Below, one piece after another: positions 20,081 through 28,900 of a stretch of DNA of 64,000 nt (positions are counted from its first letter, which is position 1; each line of letters starts with the position of its first letter). Origin of the DNA: a bacterium. Lineage in GTDB: Bacteria > Electryoneota > Electryoneia > Electryoneales > Electryoneaceae. Location: contig CAXXKJ010000002.1 in assembly GCA_963675295.2 (NCBI GenBank), positions 1,888,001 through 1,952,000 of the forward strand, in the 5' to 3' direction. Below the pieces are notes generated by a model. The model was given only the letters and a program-made list of their open reading frames with translations, searched no databases and was not told the DNA's origin. The position numbers were made by a program, and so were the translations under genes.

Positions 20081-22138
20081 CTACTTCATCAACACCAGCT
20101 TGCGAGTCTCGGTCATCCCGCTCGTCGTCGCGCGGAGGAAATACAGCCCGCTGGTCAGGTCGCGCGCGTCGATGGTCAGACGGTGTGTCCCGGCGCTGTA
20201 GCGCGCGTCGGTCAACGTCATCACCTGCTGGCCGAGCACATTGTACAGCGCAACTTGCAGGTTGGCGGCTTCCGGCAGCGCGATCTCAACGGATGACTGG
20301 GCGTTGAACGGATTCGGGTACGCTTCGCTCACGGTGAATTGTGCAGGCAGCGCGACACCGGTTCCTGATTCTGCGAGCGCCGCTTCCCAGCCTTCGCTGG
20401 TCCAGCCGGTCCGGTCCATCTCACCGGTCGCGGCCGCACCGAGCTTGGTGAACGGGAATTCGTCGGAGGCGTACACTTCGGACGGATACTGCCCGATCAC
20501 GACACGGAAGGCGTACACACCAGCCGGAGCCATCGCCGGGATGCGCTGGTTGATGTTCGGGAAATACAGCGGTGCGGAGGGCTGGAAGTTGACCGTGTAG
20601 GTGTCAACGTGGAAGACGTTGTTGTTCGGCAAGGTGGCTTCGATCCAGACATTCGCCACCATCGACGACGACAGTTCGTTGTCCAGCAGCGCCGCGTAAT
20701 GCAACCAGCCGCCGTTCGCCGGGATGGTCACCGGGCTGCTCTGCGGCTCGATGTTGACGCTGAAGTCCGGGGTGCCGCTGCCGAGGCCAACCGCAAAGTC
20801 GGCGGTCATCGTCGCGCCAGCGTAGCTGATGTTGGTCACCGCGACCTGAGTCGCCGAACCCCAGTAGTTATCACTGTCCGGCGTGCTGTTGCCGTTGAAG
20901 GTGAAATTCAGCGTCGAACCCGGGTATGGGTCGCCGGAGTCCGCGCCACCGTTCTGTTCCAGTTCCCAGAGGCCGTCCGCCTGCTCCAGCGCGACCTGGT
21001 AGTGGCCGTCATTGGTGTGGCCCGGGTACCACTGGTTGTTGTTGCCCCACTCGCTATCGTCGCAGTGGTAGATCAACAGGCCCTGGCTCGGCAGCGGGGA
21101 ATCGTACCCGGTGCGGTAGCGGTTCTCAACGAGGAAATACTCGTTGCCACCCATGCCTTCGGTCCAGAGACGGTAGATCACCGGTTCGGTTTCCACATTC
21201 GGGATCGATTCGCCGATGCGATCAAAGGTGACATTGATCGGATCAACGAAGCCCATGTACGTGCGGCACCAGGCGTCCGGATGCGCCGGCGATGAACCAA
21301 GGCCGCCATTCCACGATCCGCCTGCCATCAGGCTCCAATCATCAAGACCGCGGGAATCGTAGCCGTAGTCGTAGAGGTCGGGCAGGCCGAAGACCGCGTG
21401 ACCCATTTCATGCGCGACAACGCCGATCGTCATGTCGCCCGAGCTGTACCAGAACTCCGGCTGCATCGCATAAACAGCTGCCGTGACGCCGTCCACCGAG
21501 ACACCGCCCGGGATCTGCCACTTGTGTGACCAGATGTCGTTGTCGTTACCGGACAACTCCGCACCGGTGCCGGCATGCATGATGAACAGGCCGTCAACGT
21601 AGCCGTCGTTGTCGTAATCGTACTCGGAAAAGTCAACGTACGGGTCCGCGGCGAGAACCGCGGCTTCCGCCAGGCCTTGCGCATTGTTCGGGTAGCTGCC
21701 GAAACCGTTCTGGCCATCGACGTAGTAGCCGTAATTGTGTGGCATCCGGAACCAGCCCGTGGACGAGGGCATGTCTTCCGAGGTCAGGATGAAATCACCA
21801 TAGCTGCACTCGTCGTAATAATCTGCGACGGTGCCAGTGCCGGTGCCGTACATCAGGTTGTCAAAGAATGACGCCGCCGTAACCGCCTGATGGTCGTCAA
21901 AGTCAACGAGCAGAACGATCGAGTTGAAGATCGTCTCATCGAGTTCACCCTGACGCATCTCAACCCGGGTCGGAGTGTTGACCCCGCGGGCATACAGTGC
22001 GTCCCGATGCTGCAGGTAGTACGGCTCATCCATCTGTTGCTGCTGAATCGCTTCAACCAAAACAGGATTCGGCGGCATCGCCATCGCCGCCGTACCCAGA
22101 ATGAGGACGGATAGCAGTGCAATGGCTACTGACTTCAT
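20081..22138 (-). CDS. M6 metalloprotease paralog + shared module + CTD (start may be 22138 or 22150)
   Basis: AHEMGHAVFGLPDLYD, WSLMAGGSWN, YFLVENR, AYPNPFN...KLVLMK; signal peptide MKSVAIALL. Confidence 0.92.
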   Translation of the reverse strand: MKSVAIALLSVLILGTAAMAMPPNPVLVEAIQQQQMDEPYYLQHRDALYARGVNTPTRVEMRQGELDETIFNSIVLLVDFDDHQAVTAASFFDNLMYGTGTGTVADYYDECSYGDFILTSEDMPSSTGWFRMPHNYGYYVDGQNGFGSYPNNAQGLAEAAVLAADPYVDFSEYDYDNDGYVDGLFIMHAGTGAELSGNDNDIWSHKWQIPGGVSVDGVTAAVYAMQPEFWYSSGDMTIGVVAHEMGHAVFGLPDLYDYGYDSRGLDDWSLMAGGSWNGGLGSSPAHPDAWCRTYMGFVDPINVTFDRIGESIPNVETEPVIYRLWTEGMGGNEYFLVENRYRTGYDSPLPSQGLLIYHCDDSEWGNNNQWYPGHTNDGHYQVALEQADGLWELEQNGGADSGDPYPGSTLNFTFNGNSTPDSDNYWGSATQVAVTNISYAGATMTADFAVGLGSGTPDFSVNIEPQSSPVTIPANGGWLHYAALLDNELSSSMVANVWIEATLPNNNVFHVDTYTVNFQPSAPLYFPNINQRIPAMAPAGVYAFRVVIGQYPSEVYASDEFPFTKLGAAATGEMDRTGWTSEGWEAALAESGTGVALPAQFTVSEAYPNPFNAQSSVEIALPEAANLQVALYNVLGQQVMTLTDARYSAGTHRLTIDARDLTSGLYFLRATTSGMTETRKLVLMK

Positions 22139-22358
22139 GGACCCAGTCATCAAACGTTCTCCTCTCTTCGCGTGGTGTCGTGCAAACACGATATTCTGAT
22201 CATAATTCTACATAAAGGTAAGAAATTACACTTCAGCATGCGCCAGTGTGTGATCGGGATCATGGAGCTCGTGGAGTCACGGTGGGGGAAAGGACTTCCG
22301 GCGTCCGAATCACAGTCAGCAATGCACGTGGTAGTACGAAGACCCGTTTAATAATACG

Positions 22359-22390
22359 AAAAACGGGGATGGTTTGCATAACCATCCCCG
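22359..22390 (-). terminator. Intrinsic terminator after LLM gene
   Basis: cggggatggtt-tgcat-aaccatccccg stem with T tract on minus strand. Confidence 0.75.
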
Positions 22391-22415
22391 GGGACTTGAA
22401 ATCAGACTCTTAGTC

Positions 22416-23426
22416 TCAGGCCGCAACCGGCTCCGGTTCACGGATCTGCGGCACGACTTCGTTGATCAGCAGCTCCATCGACTGGCGCACCTGATCCATC
22501 GGCATCGCGCCGTAGTTGACGATGAACTGCAGGTGGGTGACGCCGGTATCGACGATCTTCTGCAGCTGTTCGACCGCTTCATCGACTGTACCCGACAGGA
22601 TCACCCCGCGACGCATGCATTCGTCATAGTCGGAATGCTTCGCGTACAGGCGGCTGTAGACATACTTCTCGAGCACTTGCCGATTCATATCGTTGTGCGC
22701 GGCGTCCTTGTCCGGCGTGACATGCGCGTGGATCGCGGCGAAAATGTCGCCTTCACCGGATTTGCCGGATTCCGCCCAGCCCTTCTTGTAGTTGTCGAAG
22801 AGTGGTTTGGCGTCATCGATCACCTCAACGGTCGCGTAGGGCACGGTCATGATGCCATAGCCACGCTTGCCGACGTGATACGATGCCAACTCGGTGAGAA
22901 TCGCGATCTTGAACTCCACCTCACGGCCTTCGTACGCCCCGATGTTCAGCTTCGTTTTCGGCACGTTGAAATACTTGCCTTCGTGCTTGAAGCGCTTACC
23001 GGTCAACGCTTTCTGTACCACTTCGAGGGCTTCGTCGAAGCGCTGGCGTTTGTCGGCCGGGGTCAACCCGAAGCCGTCAAATTCGTGCTGCAGGTAGCCT
23101 GAGCCGACACCCGCGATCAACCGGCCTTCGCTGAGCTGGTCCAGCAGCGCCATCTGCTCCGCGACACGCACCGGCTTGTGGAACGGCAGCACGGAAATCG
23201 CCGGCCCGAGTTTCAGGCGTGTCGTTTTCATCGCGATGGACGTGAGGAACTGCAGCGCGTCCGGCACCAGGCCATAGGGGTGAAAGTGGTGCTCGGCGAT
23301 GAAGAACCCTTCATAGCCCAGCTCTTCCGCCCACAGCGCGACCTGGGTGATGTCGTTGTAAAACCCGGACACTGACGGGTGCGCGTCCTTGTAGTAATCA
23401 GCAACGGAGAAGATGGAGACCTTCAT
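22416..23426 (-). CDS. LLM-class (luciferase-like) flavin-dependent oxidoreductase
   Basis: AEELGYEGFFIAEHHF, PVRVAEQMALLDQLSEGRL, GTVDEAVEQL, EVVPQ; start MKVSIF after AAGGA. Confidence 0.9.
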   Translation of the reverse strand: MKVSIFSVADYYKDAHPSVSGFYNDITQVALWAEELGYEGFFIAEHHFHPYGLVPDALQFLTSIAMKTTRLKLGPAISVLPFHKPVRVAEQMALLDQLSEGRLIAGVGSGYLQHEFDGFGLTPADKRQRFDEALEVVQKALTGKRFKHEGKYFNVPKTKLNIGAYEGREVEFKIAILTELASYHVGKRGYGIMTVPYATVEVIDDAKPLFDNYKKGWAESGKSGEGDIFAAIHAHVTPDKDAAHNDMNRQVLEKYVYSRLYAKHSDYDECMRRGVILSGTVDEAVEQLQKIVDTGVTHLQFIVNYGAMPMDQVRQSMELLINEVVPQIREPEPVAA

Positions 23427-23436
23427 CGGCACGTCC

Positions 23437-24036
23437 TTATTTCTGTTTTTCCATGTGCAGGCTGACGTCACGGTAGTGATCGTAGAGGTCGTCGATCACG
23501 TCGGTGTCGAAACCGCCGAACACCTCGCCGGTTTTGCCTTCGAGGCGCTGGGTGAACTCGACAAAGGTGCCGAACGGGGCCGCCGGCTTGGCGAAGAACT
23601 GGTGCAGCTTGCCTTCATTTTCGTCCTCGTAGCTGAGCACCGGGGTCATGAAGTCCCAGCCATCCTTCTTCAGCATGTCGAACACCTGGTGCACGTCAAA
23701 CTCGGGGTCGACGTTGTACGCGACGTGCTGAATCCCGGCACCGTAACGGCGCACGAACTCGTTAATCGGGGAGTTCGGATCTTCGCTGACTGAAAGGCCT
23801 GTCATCGTCAGCCACGGGAAGCCTTCGATCTTGCCGCTGACCAGAGCGATGTGTGTCGCGGGGTAGCGGACGGTGCGCAGGCGGACGGTCTCATGGAAAC
23901 CCAGGTGGTTCCAGGTATCACAGAACCGTTTCTCATCCTCATTGGCCGCCACATAGGTCACATGGTCGATATGCCGGATCGAGGTGAGCATTCCGCCGGT
24001 GTTGCCTCCCGGCTTGCCTTCAACTGGACTGTGCAT
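23437..24036 (-). CDS. VOC-family protein resembling the HPPD C-terminal catalytic domain
   Basis: HIDHVT, INEFVRRYGAGIQHVAY, LHQFFA, FVEFTQR...GGF; 10-bp gap to LLM gene. Confidence 0.75.
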   Translation of the reverse strand: MHSPVEGKPGGNTGGMLTSIRHIDHVTYVAANEDEKRFCDTWNHLGFHETVRLRTVRYPATHIALVSGKIEGFPWLTMTGLSVSEDPNSPINEFVRRYGAGIQHVAYNVDPEFDVHQVFDMLKKDGWDFMTPVLSYEDENEGKLHQFFAKPAAPFGTFVEFTQRLEGKTGEVFGGFDTDVIDDLYDHYRDVSLHMEKQK

Positions 24037-24342
24037 GAGAACCTTCTCCTGAGTCTTCGTTTTGAGTACCAGCTTGCTGGAACACGTTCCGGCAAGTGTG
24101 AGAATTGGGTGTTTCGAAAGTAGCGAAGTTAAGCAAGCCTCACAAGTGGATTGTCGGAATCATCGCTCTATGGTGAGAGGGATGGATAACGTCGCGGGAG
24201 TAGTAGTTCAAGACGTGGATTCTTCTGGCCTTGCCGCTGCGAGATGGGCTGTTCGACGGTAGCTCGCGAGGGTGATTGTGGTTATATTCGAGCACGAGTC
24301 AGGTCCTTCCCTGTTAACCGCACGAGGGTAGTGCCGGTGATT

Positions 24343-25473
24343 ATGCGGATCGTACGTCTGTTTGTCGTGATAGCTCTGCTGGGTGCCCTGCTTGCCGGGT
24401 GTGATGGCGGGTGTTCCTGCAAACAGGAAGCAGAAGTTCCCCCTCCGGAACCTGAACCGGAAGTCATTCCCGAACCCGGCGGTGAGCTGGAAGTCATCAA
24501 GCCGGACACGGCGGATGTGCTGGCGGAAGAACCCCCGCCTCCGCCCCCGAAGCCGAAGGTTGAACCTGAGCCGGAACCGGTGGCTGAGGTGATGCCGGCG
24601 CCGGAAGAGAAGCCGGTTCGCGAACGGACACCGATGCAGGAGCTGCGGAAAGAACCGATCGCCACCCCACCGCCGCCGCTGCCGGAACCTGAACCTGAGC
24701 CGGAACCGGAACCACCGCAGGAACCGGAAATTCGCCTTCTCGAGGGACCCTACGGCATGACGTTCGCGCGTATTCCGGAGGGAACGTTTGCGATGGGATC
24801 GGCGTCGGATGAAGCCGGGCGCGACATCGACGAGGGTCCGGTGAAGGAGGTCAGCATTAGTGAATTCTGGCTGTCGCAGTCGGAAGTGACGTTGCGGCAG
24901 TGGAAGCTGGTCATGGGGGAGTTGCCGTTTCGCTGGCAATCCGGCAATGCGCCGCCGGACTGGACGTTGGACGAACCGGTACATTATGTGAACTGGCATG
25001 AGGTCCACGAGTTTCTCGCCCTGTTAAGCGAAAAGACTGGCCACGCGTATCGTCTGCCGACCGAGGCGGAGTGGGAGTATGCCTGCCGTGGCTGGCAGGA
25101 ATCCCCGTTCTGGTCGGGAAACAACGAGGGTGCGCTACGTACGACGGATCATGTCGGGCCGTACGGTGTGATGCACAAAGTGATGGAGACCGGGATCGCG
25201 AATCCGTTCGGGTTGTACGACATGCACGGCAACGTCAGCGAATGGGTCGAGGACGATTACATCGACAATTACCGTGATCTGGCGGAGGATGGTCGGCCGC
25301 AGGAGAAGTATCCGCGGTTGACGATGAAGATCGCTCGCGGCGGCAGTTTTCTCAGTTCGCCGGACAGCTCCCGCTGTGCCGCACGTGAACCGTTGGAAGC
25401 CTCGACGCGATTCAGCACGATTGGTTTCCGGGTTGCGACAGACCGGATGACGGACATGGCGCTACGGCGGTAA
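24343..25473 (+). CDS. Lipoprotein with Pro/Glu-rich linker and FGE-sulfatase (SUMF1/EgtB/PvdO) domain
   Basis: Lipobox LLAGC, PEPEPE linker, FAMGS, RLPTEAEWEYACR, NPFGLYDMHGNVSEW, RGGS, IGFRV. Confidence 0.9.
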   Translation: MRIVRLFVVIALLGALLAGCDGGCSCKQEAEVPPPEPEPEVIPEPGGELEVIKPDTADVLAEEPPPPPPKPKVEPEPEPVAEVMPAPEEKPVRERTPMQELRKEPIATPPPPLPEPEPEPEPEPPQEPEIRLLEGPYGMTFARIPEGTFAMGSASDEAGRDIDEGPVKEVSISEFWLSQSEVTLRQWKLVMGELPFRWQSGNAPPDWTLDEPVHYVNWHEVHEFLALLSEKTGHAYRLPTEAEWEYACRGWQESPFWSGNNEGALRTTDHVGPYGVMHKVMETGIANPFGLYDMHGNVSEWVEDDYIDNYRDLAEDGRPQEKYPRLTMKIARGGSFLSSPDSSRCAAREPLEASTRFSTIGFRVATDRMTDMALRR

Positions 25474-25905
25474 GAGTTCGGTTTTTTGGTGGCTGGACGA
25501 ACAGGAATCCGCAGGGGTGATGAGGATGCAGCAACGCGTCCTCATTTCTTTTTTGAAGGAATTTGACAAATGTTTGCACGGTTGGCAGGATGGAATCAGC
25601 TTATATTTCGCGTTTTACTGAATTGTGAAGGGAGTTTTCCGTCTCGACTGAGGTTGCCAAAAGAGAGCCGGAATCCGCTCCGGTTCCACTGGACTTTTTT
25701 GGGAATCTGGGTGATACTAAGTGCAATTGTCACACTCTCCGAACTACCTTCCTGATCGCTCCGGGATCATGGCGAGGGTTGTCCGTGTCCTGAGTGTCAA
25801 GTTTCAACAGAAAACAAACGGTTTCCGCGCCGAACTGGCTCTGACTGTCGGAAGAAGCCAGACAGATTGGCGGAACTTATGATTTGCTTCGGCGAAGGAG
25901 GATGC

Positions 25906-28900
25906 ATGATTCGCAGGCGTAGGGTTGCTGTGGGGACACTGTTCCTGCTCCTGGCGGTGGTAACGTGGTCATTTGCGCTGTCACCTGTTGAGCAGACATC
26001 AGTCGAGTGGGAAGGGGTGCGTACGGATGCGTCCGGCGTGCAGGCCCAGCTCAGGCTGCAGTCATTTGATATCGCGACGGATGACCTTGGGGAGTACATC
26101 GAGATTCCCGGGGCGTTTGCCACTGATTCGCCGATTCCGTTGGCGACAACCATGATCAACGTGCCGAACGGGGTGGGGATTGAAGCCTCCGTCACCGCGT
26201 CGGATTTCGTTTCCACCGGCATTTACGCTCCTGAGCTTGCCGGGCAGATGGAACATGTGATTGTCGGTGAACCCATTGTGTTCCGCGGCATTCGATTGTT
26301 CCCGGTGTCGGTTTCGGCGGCGCGGGTTGCGGACGATGGCGAGATTTTCATCGCCAACGTGTCCGAACTGAACGTGGAGTACACCGGCGAGGACAGCCGA
26401 GCTGAAGGTTCGCTGGAAGAGATCCGGCTGTCGGCGGAAGTGGAACGCTATGTCCGTAACCTGGTGCTGAACATTGATGAGATCAACATCAACGTTGTCG
26501 CGCCGGTTGGCCGTCTGCTGGTCGTGATTGAGAACAACGCGACGCTGCTCGCGCGCATGGAACCCTATGTCCAATGGAAGCGCGAACAGGGGTACAAGGT
26601 GGTTGTCGATCATCCGACGAGCACCACGTCGTACTCCGCGATTTATTCGCTGATCAACAGCCACTATACGAACGGTGATGCACTGCCGTTGGATTATGTG
26701 CTGCTGGTCGGTGACCACAACGGCAGCGTCGACATGGTCGCGTACAACGCGTTGACGGACCACTACTACAGCCAGCTCGAGGGCAACGACATTCTCGCCG
26801 ACCTGGCGATTGGACGTTTCTCCGTGCAGGACGGCAACATCGAGCTCGGCCGTGTGGTCAACAAGCTGCTGGCGTACGAGCGTGATGTGGACATGACCGA
26901 TCCGTCGTGGCTGTCCAACGTGGTGTTGACCGCGGGTTCGGGCTCGGGTACGAGCACCATCATCACCAACCGTTCGATCAAGGAGATGTTTAGCCAGAAC
27001 GGTGTCGCATCCGACACGTTGTGGTGGACGATGGGTGGCGACATCCCGCAGTTCATCGTGGATGAAGTCAATGATGGCGCGCACTTCGTGAATTTCCGCG
27101 GCTACTATGGCTTTGCCGGCTGGAGTGCCTCCGACCTCGCCAACATGAACAACGGTACCCACCTGCCGGTTGTTATCACAATTACCTGTGGCACCGGCGA
27201 CTTCGCGACGACGACGGAAGAGTATACAGAAGGTTTCTTCCGAGCGGGTTCCGGCTACAACGATTTCTGGGGTGGTATCGCCAGTGTGGGTACGGCCACC
27301 ACTTCAACGCACACCCGTTTCAACAATATCGTCGACAGCGGACTGTTTGAGGCTGTGACGTTGCGAAACATCCGATCTCTCGGCTGGGCGTTGGTAAACG
27401 GCAAGCTGCGGTTGTACCAGGCCTACGTCAACACCGGCGACAACAGCAACATCGACGATTTCTCCTACTGGAACAACCTGATCGGTGACCCGGCGCTCCG
27501 TGTCTGGGTCGGCATTCCCGACGAAATTGACGTCACCCATGACGCCAGCATCTCATACGGTCAGAACTACGTTGATGTTACTGTTCACCACCCCGGTGAG
27601 TGGCCGGAACTGATCTGGGCCACCCTGGCCGATGACGAACAGGTCATCGCGACTCATCGCATTGACGAGTCCGGCGTGGTTCGCCTCAGCTTCGATCCGG
27701 CGGATGTGTCCAGTTCGATGACGCTGACCGTGGTCGGCGACAACGTTGTGCCGTACCAGGCCGACATCCCGGTCAACAACGTCGCGCAGTATGTCTATGT
27801 CGCGTCGCACATCGTCAATGATGGCGCGGGCGATGACGACCTTGCCAACCCGGGTGAGACGGTTTACCTGACGTTGACCATGCGCAACGGTGGTACGCAG
27901 ACTGTCGGTTCGCAGACCGCGACAGTCACCACGGACAGCCCGTACCTCTCCGTCGTCGGTGGGAACACGTTCAACGTGCCGTCGCTGACGTCCGGTGCGC
28001 AGACGACGATCGCCAACGCGGTGCAGGTGGCGGTGGATCCGTTCACTCCGGATGGAGCGTTGCCGGAATTGACCGTGACCCTGGGCGCGAACCAGACCAG
28101 TGATGTCCGGCTCGACATCGCCGGATTCACCACGTCGGTTGGCGTGAACGAACTCAGCTACGGCGGCAACGGTCAGCTCGATCCAAACGAAACAACGACA
28201 CTCGTTTACCCGTTCACCAACGTTGGCAGCACAACGGCGTCCGGCTTGACCGGCACGCTGACGACGGCGAACGAACATGTCACCATCGTTGATGGTACCG
28301 CCAATTATCCCTCGGCATCGCCGGGTTCGACGGTGTCCAACAGTTCCGATCCGTTCAGTGTGACGATCAGTTCGGATGCGTGGATGGGTGAACCGATCCT
28401 GTTCACACTGACCATTACCGACGATGACGGCGGGATGGATTCGACGGTCTACCGGGCGTGGGTTGGTGATCCGGCGAACAACGGTCTCACCGGGCCGGAC
28501 GAGTATGGCTACTGGGCTGTTGACAACATGGACGGCGGCTTCGGCTCGATTCCGATTTACAGCTGGACGGATATCGGCATCACCGCGAACCGTCTCAACA
28601 TCAACGACACCGCCAACGAAGATGACGACGCTCAGGTAGTTAACCTGCCGTTCGGGTTCGTCTATTACGGAGAAGTCTTCAACCAGTTGACGGTGACCAG
28701 CAACGGGAACGCCGCCTTCGGCGCGTACCCGACGCTGTACACCTTCCGTAACTGGAACATTCCGAACCCGCTCGGTCCGCCGGCGATGCTGTCGCCGAAC
28801 TGGGATGACCAGTTGACCAGCGGTGGCGGTGTGTATGCCTATCATGACATTTCCGCCGGCCGGTTTATCGTGCAATGGGATGTCGTTGCACGCTACACCA

